Origin: Naegleria gruberi
Lineage: Eukaryota
NCBI GenBank assembly: GCA_000004985.1
Contig: GG738887.1
Length of the DNA stretch: 64,000 bases
Direction: 5' to 3' (one strand)
Below the pieces are notes generated by a model. The model did no database searches and had not been told where the DNA came from. It was given only the letters and a program-made list of their open reading frames with translations. Positions 32,201 to 42,852 of this stretch are shown piece after piece. The first letter of the stretch is position 1. Each line of letters begins with the position of its first letter. Both the position numbers and the translations under genes were made by a program.

Positions 32201-35200
32201 ACGATTCGAATGTAGTTTGTTCCTCACATGGTCAATGTTTAAATCCAGATCAGTGCACTTGCAACAATGGATATAGTGGAAGTGAGTGTGAATATAGAGT
32301 GTGCTATGGTTTGAATCATACAGATGCAAATGTTTGTTCTTCACATGGTCAATGTACAGCACCAAATACTTGTAAATGTGAAAATGGTTTCGTTGGAGAT
32401 AATTGTGAATATCATCAAGTTTATTTGGATATTGCAAATGCATTGATTTATTCAAATTATGATTCTCTTCTCAATATTTCAAGAAATGCCAGTGTTAATG
32501 ATCAACAAGTATTGAATAGTGAATGTTCAGATTTATTGGAAAGTTCAGAATTGGCCAAATTGGGTGAAAGTGATTTGATTTCATGTTATTGGACCAATAA
32601 TTATTTTAAAATCAAATTGGGATATAATCACATGATTCAACATTTATCAACATTGAAATTGAATTATTTCAATATTTCACTGCAAGTCAATTCAAATTCA
32701 TCATTAACTTTACTCAACCAGAGAACATTCGCTTCTTCAATGGATGTTTTATTGTTATCCATTCCATCCACACAAGATTTCATTATCAAATCTAACAGTG
32801 ATGATTATTATCATACATTCAAGAAAATATCAAAGAGTTGGACATGTGAAAATTGTCCTCAATCACTTGTCAATTATTTAACAAATTATGAGAATAAGAG
32901 TATGATTTTAATACCAAGTACATTATTGAATAGTATTCCATTGGATTCTTCCTATTCAAAAATTCTATCACTCAAGTATTCGTCAATGAATTCCATTCAA
33001 AAATTATTGACATCAAGTGACAAGACAAGAATTGAATCGAGTAAGAATTTACCACCCTATTTCACATGGCATGGTGAGAATGTGAAGGATGCACAATTTA
33101 AATGTGTTGGTCATAATTGTATTGTGGAAAGTTCATTGAATTCAATGAATAGTTCAATTTCATTCACATTCTCTGGATTTTTCAGTTTATTGAATTCACA
33201 ATTTTCACAAAAACAAATGTTCAGATTGGTGAATGTTTATAATAATGAATTGGTTGATAGTGAATATTCATCCAATGCACAAATTGTTGGATTTCAATTG
33301 AAAACTTATGTTTCCACTTCACTTTCTTATTATTTCTCCTACACAACATTTGATAGATTGGATCATGTTTTAACCAATGTTAATAGAACTCTATCTCTTT
33401 CTGATGATTCTACATTTGCAATTTCAATTTTCAATCCAGATCCATTCATTTCAACCTTCACCTTATCAGATTATTTCACATACAATTATGAATTTTATCA
33501 AGTCAACTCAATTTCTAATAGCAATTTAAAGTTAATAACAAGTAGTAATCAAAAATCATTGAATATAGATGCTACCCAATTGAATTTATCAGAGGGAACA
33601 TATCTAGTCAACTTGACACTCACAGTTTCCAAATCTTATGTCACAATTCCATATTATTTTTTCGGATATATTCAATTGCATTCTCAATCAAATGTTCCAA
33701 AATTAACAATTGATCAATTACCTGCTATTTATGCTTCTAATAAGGATTTACAATTGAAAGTCTTGATTCAATCATCAAGTTCTATTTTAAACTATAAATG
33801 GAAATTAAAAGATGGTATTGTAAAGGAAAGAGAATTAATTGAACAATTATTACAAAATTCACAATTGACTCAACTCACATCTAACGTGTATAAGAGTGAA
33901 ATTACAATTAATAGTCAATATTTATTGGAAGGTGAATTTATTTCATTTGATTTTTCAGTTTCGAATATGAATGGCATTTCAAATGTTTCACTTTCAACAA
34001 GAATTGACGAATCTCCAAGATTTTCATGTGAATATTTCAACCTAAAGAATGAATTTACAAATTATGCATTTGAAAGTTTACTTTCCATTTCATGTTTCAA
34101 TTTACCTGAAGAACCAATTTCAAGTTTCAATATTGAATTTCATTCACAGAAAAATGGAAAGAGAATGAATGTCATTTCGAATACTTTGAAAAAGAATGTC
34201 ATTACAAGAATACCTTTCTATTCATTTGATGAACAGCAGGTGAATCTTGTTGTGAAATTAGTGAATAGATATGGTTCAGTTTCACAAATTTCAAGAAATA
34301 TTTCAGTTTTACCTCCATTGACCATTTACAATTCAGGAAATTCAATTGCATCAAGATTTAATTATCTGAAACAATCTTATTATAATTTGAAATTGAATGA
34401 ACCATTGAGAATTGATACTGCTCATTCAATTTATTCCTTAATGAGTATTCTCATTCAAAACGAAACCATTTCGAATATTACAAGACAATTAGTCAATGAA
34501 ATATCAAGCAATGAATTGTCAACATTTAATTCTCTATTGAAAGATATGATTATTCAATTGAAGAGCATTCAATCATTGAGTTACAAAGTTGATGAAAAGT
34601 TTATTCAACTTTCACTTCCAATCATTTCACAAATTTATTCGATTTTGGATAATTTATCATTGGATGACAGTTGGGTTTCAGATATTTCTACATGGCTTGA
34701 TTGGATTTATTCTGGAATGTCAAGTGCAAAACAATATTATTCTGAAACATTGTTAGCAACTATACTTTCGAATGAACATTATGAAGAATTGAAATTAATT
34801 CAAAATATACTTTCTAATAGATATTCGAATCGATTGGACAAACAAGAATTGATTTCAAAATATAGAGCTCAATATTTAATGTTGACCGGTTTATCAGATG
34901 ATTCATCCTATCAAGTTTATCCAGTTGAAGTTGCTTCTCAATTGAATGGCAAGTCAATCATGACAACTATCAATCAAGAAATTCAAATCCAAGCCACACT
35001 TCCATCAGATTTAACCAGTCAATTGTCAAGTATTTCAGATAATTCACAATTATTCTTTTCATCTTCTCTAATTAGCAATGACAAGACATTGAATAATATT
35101 TTATCAAATATACCTGTTTTGGACTTGTCAATTTATTCATCAGATGGATCATTGACAAGTGTGAATAATTTATTGAATCCAATTCAAGTGAAATTTAATA

Positions 35201-36546
35201 ATCTCTTTACAGATTACAAAGTTAACACTAATTTATCATGTGTTTATTTTGATTCTTCATTGAATACATGGTCAACCAATGGAATTTCATTCAAATCAAC
35301 AATTACAAAACAAGAAAATGGAAAATTATACTTTGATATGGAATGTAACACAACTCACTTGTCATTATTCTCAGTTCAAGAATTGGATTTTGTTTATCCA
35401 GCAAACTCCACTTCAACTGACTCTAATTTGGGATTAATTCTTGGATTGGCACTTGGCATTTCAATTCCAGTAATTTTATTGATCATTCTTGCATTTATTA
35501 TCATTGTAATTGTGTTATCAGTATTTGTTTGGAGATTGAAAAAGAAGAGTAAGGCACAAATGGCTAAATTTGATATTGAAATGACAGGAACAGACTTCCC
35601 GTCAGATGCCAGCATGTTCTTGACACCTCTTGTCAGCGTTTCAGGAAGCTCAAGTAATAATGAAAGTTTTAATCCACTTTCAAGATATTTAGATTTGGTC
35701 AGAATAGGACAAGGTGCATTTGGATCAGTTTTCAGGGCAATGGACTCAAAAACCAATACAATGAAAGCAATTAAGGTGATGAGATATCAATCCAATGAAG
35801 AATTGAATGGATTTATGAAGGAAGGAACTCAATTAATGAATGTGAGCCATCCAAATATTTTGAAAGTGAATGATTTCTTCATTAGTCAAGATAATTTATT
35901 GTGTATTGATATGGATTTTTATGAGAAGGGAGATTTGGTTCAATTGACTTATGATTCTTTCATTTGTTCTGAAAAGATCTTGTTGCAAATTATTTATCAA
36001 ATGTTGAATGCATTGAATTTTATTCACACATCAATGAAACTCATTCACAGAGATATCAAACCATCAAATATTTTCATCAAATCAATTGACAATGATCATA
36101 TTGAAATTGTAATTGCAGATTTTGGATTGGCAAGAGCTGATCAAGGTTCTGCTCACAAATCATATGCTGGAACTCCTCTCTTTATGGTATGTTTGTTGTA
36201 TTTTATATTCAAATTTAATCCATATTTCTAATAATTCTTTATTGGAAACTTTCAGTCACCTGAACTTGGATATGGTGGAAAATACTATTTCAATACAGAT
36301 ATTTATAGTTTAGGAGTAACACTTTATCAAATCATGACCAAAGACACTCAAACTTCAATCAGTCAATTATTAATTACCAAAGATAAAATTGAAGTGAATG
36401 CAATTCTCAAACAAAAATTTGAAGAATGCAAAATTTACTCATCCAACCTCATTGATTTGGTCATTTCAATGTTAGAAAAGGATTTAACAATCAGACCACA
36501 AGCAAAAACTCTCCTCAATAATCCACTCTTCAAATCATTCCAATAA
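29259..36546 (+). CDS. Receptor-like Ser/Thr protein kinase with extracellular NHL repeats and EGF-like repeats. 5 exons (29259-29544, 29602-29766, 29840-30916, 30965-36186, 36256-36546), about 2346 aa.
   Basis: Signal peptide MCRFDKWHLVILLLLVLVFSVHC. NHL repeats (NHRIRKI...ISTIAGTG..GYSGDG). About 11 EGF-like Cys repeats (31.4-32.4 kb). A long Ser/Asn-rich ectodomain. TM helix ILGLALGISIPVILLIILAFIIIVIVLSVFVW followed by RLKKK. Kinase subdomains IGQGAFGSV, AIKVM, HRDIKPSN, DFGLAR and GTPLFM|SPE. Splice junctions keep the ORF-track frames (donors GTTAGT, GTAAGT, GTATGT, GTATGT). Confidence 0.8.
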
Positions 36547-36841
36547 ATCCTTTGTAATATTTTACATAAATGATGATTTACATTCATCTGGAGTAGTTGA
36601 AAAAGATGGTAAAATCCACCAATAATCTCATTTCCCATGGTTCCTTCAGCTCCGCATTATTTCCTCCGTTCTATGTAGCTATCAAGTAAGGGTAACCTTC
36701 ATTACTAATTAGATTCATTTTAGAATCCAAGCACTGGAATCATGATGATCATAAAAGGTCGTTTTTGCTTCAAGAAGATAACTTTCAAATTCAAAAAGAA
36801 AGTCACCACACACCAACCACAATATATTTCACAAACACAAA

Positions 36842-37237
36842 ATGGAATCTCAACCACTCGCCTATAACACCAGTGATCAATTGCCACCTAATAGCACTGC
36901 CGAACCAATTCTTATTTTACTTCTTAATTTCTTGTTTGCTGGTTTGGGACATTTAGTGTTGGGTCAAGTAAGTAATCTTGCTAATGTGTTGAAGAAGAGT
37001 GTCTAATCATCGTGTTGTTCTTCTTATGTGTTGTCTAGTCCGGAAAGGGTATTACCTATATTGTTATTAATTTCCTTCTCTTCTTCTTGATTGTTTTATT
37101 GAGTTTTGTCTTTATTGGCATTTGCATCCTTCCACTTCAAATTGTTTGGTGGGTGATGGTTATGGTTGATGGATATGTCATTGCTCAACGTTTGAAGGAA
37201 GGAAAGGCTGTAAGAAAGGGAGAGTAAGTAGTAACAA
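36842..37237 (+). CDS. Small two-exon membrane protein (TM2-domain-like), about 107 aa. Exons 36842-36967 and 37039-37237.
   Basis: MESQPLAYNTSDQLPPNSTAEPILILLLNFLFAGLGHLVLGQ|SGKGITYIVINFLLFFLIVLLSFVFIGICILPLQIVWWVMVMVDGYVIAQRLKEGKAVRKGE. The GTAAGT donor and ttgtctag acceptor keep the frame. Each exon is under 60 aa, so neither appears in the ORF track. Confidence 0.45.
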
Positions 37238-37643
37238 TAGTTTCACATTATTAACTGTGTTGTTGAAATCTTATCTACAATAGATGTGCTTTTTCTATTA
37301 CCAAGTTTGGAGTTTCCCTCTTTGAAAGTTCTGAAGTTTTTGTTCAATAAATTATCAATTTCTGAGCTAGGCGGCTTACATTCATAATAAATGATATCTC
37401 CTAATGAGCTTACTTTAAGCAAATTCACTTTGTGTACAGTTAAATTCAGAGGGGAAATAATGTTCCTTCAAATCCAAAACCTTCTTTAAAAAGTAACTCC
37501 AAATATTCCAATAGTAACCCCTTGAATCCTTGAACCTACACTTTCAAAGATATCCCGCGCTACAGAACATTCAACAATATTACAACTTTCCCGCCTTTAA
37601 ATATCGCATCATTGGACATCAACAGGAGAATTATTCAAAAAAA

Positions 37644-38048
37644 ATGCATGCAAAACACTTGCTCATTTCCTCTGGATTGGTTGAAATTTGTTGGGCCATA
37701 GTGTTGGGTTGGTATCTTGCATTGTCTATTATTGCCAGACCAAGGAAAATTCCTCCTTTCAATAATTTTCGTCGAGTTTTGCAGGCACACATTGATTATA
37801 TATTGATGGGAATGTTGCAGATGGGTGTGGCTGTGGCTACGAGTGATGTGATGGTTCTTCCTGATTGGGTTGTAAAGATGTTTGTGTTTGGAGCTTGGGC
37901 AAATGCTAGCTCGTTTTTAATTTTTGCAGTTTCTGAAGATTATGTGAATTATATGGTGGTAAAGATATTTTCAGTGATTAGTTTTCTTTCGTTGACAATT
38001 GTATTTCCTTATATAGCCATGGAATATATTTCAAAGACTATGGAATGA
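37644..38048 (+). CDS. Hypothetical 4-TM membrane protein (~134 aa)
   Basis: The ORF-track ORF begins with a TTG at 37530 and the first ATG is at 37644. Four hydrophobic helices. Confidence 0.45.
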   Translation: MHAKHLLISSGLVEICWAIVLGWYLALSIIARPRKIPPFNNFRRVLQAHIDYILMGMLQMGVAVATSDVMVLPDWVVKMFVFGAWANASSFLIFAVSEDYVNYMVVKIFSVISFLSLTIVFPYIAMEYISKTME

Positions 38049-38292
38049 AAGTAAAGTTTTACTGAATCTCTTTTATCTTCATCATTGTACTATTGATTGA
38101 GAAATGATTCGTTTGGATTTGAATTTTGGAATTGTCTTCACTCTCCTTTGGTTGAGTAGTTAATGATACTTTTCCAATAATCCACAAATCACCATGTGAT
38201 GAATAAATCGGATTAATTTCAAATGATTTTAATTTTCAAAAAATTCCATTGAAAAAAGAAAAACATAAATGTGGAATGAAAAAAAACGTGGT

Positions 38293-38415
38293 CGACCACG
38301 GTGGGGCTCGAACCCACATCTTTTTCTACGAAAGAAATGCGAATTGTTAATTGCAGTTAAGTTTCAGTACTGAAACCATTTGTTCTTCTGCTTTTTCCAA
38401 TTAAGCTACGTGGCC
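38293..38415 (-). tRNA. Intron-containing tRNA-like gene, identity uncertain
   Basis: The reverse complement is GGCCACG-TA-GCTT-AATTGGAAA-AAGC-A-GAAGA-ACAAAT[~41-nt intron holding the perfect palindrome GTTTCAGTACTGAAAC]T-TCTTT-13-nt variable region-GTGGG-TTCGAGC-CCCAC-CGTGGTC-G. Acceptor, D and T arms are canonical. The anticodon loop lacks U33 and reads CAA or AAA depending on register. Confidence 0.45.
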
Positions 38416-39195
38416 AATAAACAATGCTTTACTTTCTCGACTACACCAAGAATAATATCTTTTTATTAGCCAATTTGGTTCAAAAATATTATAAATATCA
38501 AGTGCCATTAAAACGAAGTACAATATTGAACAACTGTAAACAGTAGTCTGAATAACGTAGTTTATTGTTGATTACTTCAAAAAAACAAAACCACCTCTAC
38601 AATGAAGTACCTTAGTCGGAAACAATTACACAATTGGTGTAACAACAACATCTGAGAGAAGAACAAAAATTGTCCTCCAGCAATTTCTACGTACTTTGGG
38701 CGACTACCTACAACCCAAAACACTTGGACAATTCTGTATGGTTACTAAGCAAGGAAGGCAATAAGGTAAACTTGATTACATTTTCGAGCCTCTGAAGCAG
38801 AATTAGGTTTTTATTGGTGTAAATTTGTTGCAAAATATGCAGGATTTCCTACAATTATTATCTGGATCATATATCTGATTTATTTCTTTGAATGTATCCC
38901 ACATTCATTCGAACCAGAAAAGTTAATTGTGAAAAAACCACTATAGATACCTAATCTTTCTGATGAAGAACCTCACTTTCCCAAAGTACTAGAACAGGAA
39001 TTACTTCCAAACGAACTTTGACTAACTATTACTACAATATGTTTCTACTTTAGCTTCTACAGTAATATGGAATATGTTAATGATGCCCCAAACGCTTCAA
39101 CTCCATTATCAAAGAATCATGATTTACGATAAATCTGATAGGAAAATAGTGGAGATAATTACCTAACTTTGTTTTAGTAATTTAAAGTTTGTAAT

Positions 39196-40143
39196 TTATT
39201 TAAAACTTTTTCCTAATAAAATATGATTAAGTGAATCTGGAAGAATATGATTTTGGAAAAAGTCCAATCCAAAGTCTGCAGTCTTCAGTTCAGTCTCATG
39301 ATCAAGGTATTCTGGAATGAGATGATAAGGCTTGTATCCATATTTGTCCTCATAATTAATGGTTTCTGGAGCAATTTCAATAAACGGCTTGATTAATTGA
39401 TATCTCCTCTTGTTAGTGAAACAGTAGTGAAGAGGAGTTTGATTGTTGAATGAGGATTTTTGATAGAGAAGTTTAGGATACTTTCTTGCCAATCTCTCAA
39501 TAATGGAATTTGAAATATCTGATTGCAAAAGTACTACAAATTTGGAAGCTCCATTATTTTCAGATTCTAGATAGGTGATATCGCAGTAATTTTCCAATAT
39601 GAAACTTGACAATAGCTCTGGTTGACCATCTACAATTCGTAACAAGTCCAAATTTTCACTATTTTGAATGTATGGAATTAATTGAGCTAGATAGTAAATA
39701 ACCATTGTGGAATTTCTAAAGCTCCAAATTAGAGTTTCAAATTTGTCCACGTTAATATAATTCGGAATAGTTTTCAATTTTTCAATCGTTAATTTCACAC
39801 CAATATTTCCAAAAATAGTACACAAATCGAAAATAACTTCAGGACAAATTGTAATATCATAACCCCAGACAATAACATCCAAGAGTTTTCTGCTGCGATC
39901 ACTTGGATTAATACTTCCATGATAATTCAATCTTGCTTGATTGACATTCATTAAGTGAAGGTAGTATTGAACAAATGCCTCATCTAATTGAGTTTTAGAT
40001 TTGTGCCACTCGAATGGATAACCATTATTAGCAAAGTACTTAATCAATTCCTTCTTTTGGTGGGTGTCGAAAAAATTAGCTCCAAAGATTGGATCCTTTA
40101 TCTCCTCGGATTCGATTGAATGTGAAGGTGATTTCATTGGCAT
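39196..40143 (-). CDS. Hypothetical protein, 315 aa (possible ankyrin-like repeat)
   Basis: ORF with an ATG start. The NQTPLHYCF motif hints at an ankyrin repeat. Confidence 0.45.
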   Translation of the reverse strand: MPMKSPSHSIESEEIKDPIFGANFFDTHQKKELIKYFANNGYPFEWHKSKTQLDEAFVQYYLHLMNVNQARLNYHGSINPSDRSRKLLDVIVWGYDITICPEVIFDLCTIFGNIGVKLTIEKLKTIPNYINVDKFETLIWSFRNSTMVIYYLAQLIPYIQNSENLDLLRIVDGQPELLSSFILENYCDITYLESENNGASKFVVLLQSDISNSIIERLARKYPKLLYQKSSFNNQTPLHYCFTNKRRYQLIKPFIEIAPETINYEDKYGYKPYHLIPEYLDHETELKTADFGLDFFQNHILPDSLNHILLGKSFK

Positions 40144-40654
40144 TGGTGACTGTTTCAGCTGTTCTGGCTTGTTTGAGGAGAGAGGCTAGTTTAGTACGGA
40201 TTAGTTCTGTTTCGTTTAATAATTCTGTTAAATATTTAACAAGGTTAACACGTGTGGTTGCTGAAGGGATATCGAATACTGCTGCAACACCTCCGAATGT
40301 TATTGCTGGTTCAGCAACAGTACCAAAAGAAAACATTTTTTTACATGTGATTCTTATAGGCTAATTGATAATTTCCAGTTTCTTACGGGAGACAAGACTT
40401 TAGAACATAATGAATAACAATAAAAGTCTTTAAATTAAGGTTACATTCATTTCATGTGTTCAATATAGTTCCTTGCAAGGATGATGAGTGGATTGACATC
40501 AAAACGTCTGAATTGGAAATTCGTCGTTGAAGGTCCAAATCCAATTCAATTGTTCAATTATCATATGAAATTCTCCATCACAATTGGCTCCATAATAATT
40601 CGAATCACATTTACAATATTTTGCTGAACGCCCCAAATAGCAAACAGATAAAAA

Positions 40655-40772
40655 GACTACAGCACCACAGGTTCCCAAGTTGTCTCCAACCTCAGTACTG
40701 ATGTGGCTCGACGATGCTTAACTTCTCAAATCGGACGGGATGAGGTGCATTCATCGTGATATGGCCGTAGCC
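40655..40772 (-). rRNA. 5S rRNA gene, copy 4 (variant gatgaatgcacc)
   Basis: The reverse complement equals the 5S consensus of this window. A T5 run follows on the coding strand (ataaaaag on the plus strand). Confidence 0.8.
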
Positions 40773-40884
40773 ATTCAATAGTGCAAAATTTGAAATATTA
40801 ATGTCAAATTACATAAATGTCTTGCAAGTTTGTTGATGATGTTACTAAATGTAAATAACAAAATGTCAAAAGGTGCATCTCTAT

Positions 40885-41490
40885 TGAGAGCTTTTTATTA
40901 TTGAAAATAAATAAAATCAGACCACACAAATTTTTTGTGCTTGAAGTTTTGTTTGGAATAATAAATTTGTGATTTGTGTTTGTGAAGTTGGCCATTTTAT
41001 TTTACACAAACAAATATTTGCAACAAATTTCACTGAGGTACCCAGACATGCCTTCAAGTAATAGAAAATGGTCCAATTATTCATAGCATTCATATTCTAT
41101 CGCCTAAATACGTATTTTAACTGGTTTACCTGTTGATGATTTCTCATGTTGGCTTTTAATATTAAATACCTACGGAAGACAAAAATCTGACAGAAATAAT
41201 AAATTCAATTCAGAAAAATTCCAAATCCATTAATTAGTAATCCAATAGCATCCAATATTTGAAGGTGATTAGTATTGGTCTTCATGAAAACATGTTGATA
41301 CGTGTGATGACGTGATGGTGAAGATCCTTCAAGGCATTTTTTATTATGCAATTATCAAATATTTGTGTAAAATAAAATGGCCAGTCAGCACAAACACAAA
41401 TCACAAATTTTCGGTTTGTGTAGTTGGAATTTATTTGCTTTCAAAAATAAAAAGCTCTCATTGGATTCATTATTTTCAGAACAAAAACAC
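40885..41490. repeat. Foldback/inverted-repeat element: ~150-bp arms (40885-41030 and 41345-41490) around a ~315-bp spacer
   Basis: The arm-1 segment aatttgtgatttgtgtttgtgaagttggccattttattttacacaaacaaatatttg is the reverse complement of caaatatttgtgtaaaataaaatggccagtcagcacaaacacaaatcacaaatt in arm 2. More distally, gagagctttttattattgaaaataaataaaat pairs with attttatttttgaaagcaaataaa...agctctc. Arm identity is about 85%. Confidence 0.65.
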
Positions 41491-41577
41491 CAAATGGATT
41501 ATATTATTCAGCATTGATTGTAACCCCATCTCCAATAAATCCTGGCTGCCCATTTCAAGAATGCTTAAACAACTTGT

Positions 41578-42714
41578 TTAAAACTTGCTTTTCTTTGATT
41601 TTGTTGTGGATTCACTTGCTTTACGTTTTTTTCCACATTCTTCATTTGTTTTCATGAATGAATCAAGGTAAATGGCAGGTTGATCAAAATCAGACTCTTG
41701 CAATTTCTCACGAAATTCATCCTTCATTTTTGACTTTCCAAGAAGGAATGGACTAAACCAATGATAGAGTAGTGTATTGTAAACTTTGTTAACTTTCAAT
41801 TCTTTTGGTATGTCATCTTGTTTCACACAGAGAAAATTGTTCATAATTGAGTAAGTAGTTTCATATGTGGATAGATGATAGGTAGTTTCAGCGTAGAATA
41901 ACTGATTTTCACCATTGGAAACTTCTTCTTTAAAGTAGGCATAATCTATTTGAACAACGTAATCTCCTCTAAAGCTAATATTCAAGGGATAACCAAATCC
42001 CATGAATATGACCGTCTCAATATTAAAACCTCCTTGTTCATGATTAAATTTTTCTCGAATTGGTGTGATTGACTTGATAAATAATTGTTTCAGTGGGCCA
42101 CCTTTCCAAAATCTTGAAACATTGTTAATTTCATACCTATGACCATTATCTGTAATGATTAAATCACAATCATAGTATTCTGTAAAGACCTCCTCAAATA
42201 TTTTCAATCGTAGACTCAAAGCTTTGTGTTCATCTCCAAGTCTGCTTAACATTGAATCGGTAACATTGTCATCACACTCAATCGAATATTGTGAAACTAA
42301 ATTTTTCAATTTTATCTTTGGCAATAAAGAACAATCAACATATTCCTTAAAAACAGCCTGCATGGATGAATAGTTTGGACTTGTATTTGACTGCTGACCA
42401 ATCTGACATGGATCGAATTCCTCATCACCATAACCAATATCATCGAATGAAATAGTGCTAACAATAGGTTTAAAATTTTCAACTCGTTCCTCCAAAAGCT
42501 TAACTTGCTCATCATTTAAATTCAACAATGAATGAACAAGATAACTCTTGGCAAAGTGCTCGGAATTGAAAACATTATAAAATACTTGATTGATCAATGG
42601 CGGTTGATTTTTAATCCAATCGCAAACATGGGTAAAGGAGAGAATTTTCTCTACGAGCAATGCTTCACAAAAAATGGAAGCAACAGGGCGAATAGAACAA
42701 CAGAGTTCAGACAT
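41578..42714 (-). CDS. Hypothetical protein, 378 aa
   Basis: ORF with an ATG start. Basic C-terminal tail (KKRKASESTTKSKKSKF). Confidence 0.45.
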   Translation of the reverse strand: MSELCCSIRPVASIFCEALLVEKILSFTHVCDWIKNQPPLINQVFYNVFNSEHFAKSYLVHSLLNLNDEQVKLLEERVENFKPIVSTISFDDIGYGDEEFDPCQIGQQSNTSPNYSSMQAVFKEYVDCSLLPKIKLKNLVSQYSIECDDNVTDSMLSRLGDEHKALSLRLKIFEEVFTEYYDCDLIITDNGHRYEINNVSRFWKGGPLKQLFIKSITPIREKFNHEQGGFNIETVIFMGFGYPLNISFRGDYVVQIDYAYFKEEVSNGENQLFYAETTYHLSTYETTYSIMNNFLCVKQDDIPKELKVNKVYNTLLYHWFSPFLLGKSKMKDEFREKLQESDFDQPAIYLDSFMKTNEECGKKRKASESTTKSKKSKF

Positions 42715-42852
42715 TTTTTAAGTTTTTTTTATTTACTAACCGGTACTAAGTTGTGCATGTTCAAAGGTGTTGTAACAGATGATGATTACATCTCACACTC
42801 AATTGATTGAGAAATGATTAGTTTGGATTTAAATTTTGGAAAGTCGATTTAT

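Noticed and set aside
31532-35756. ORFs 31532..31786 (-), 31697..32176 (+, alternative frame), 32126..32455 (-) and 35394..35756 (-), all inside the receptor-kinase exon 4
   Set aside because: They overlap the 5.2-kb coding exon in other frames or on the other strand, have no motifs, and have biased composition. They are spurious.
40804-41581. ORFs 40804..40995 (-) and 41312..41581 (+)
   Set aside because: Both sit inside the arms of the foldback/inverted repeat and mirror each other. They are artefacts of the repeat, not genes.
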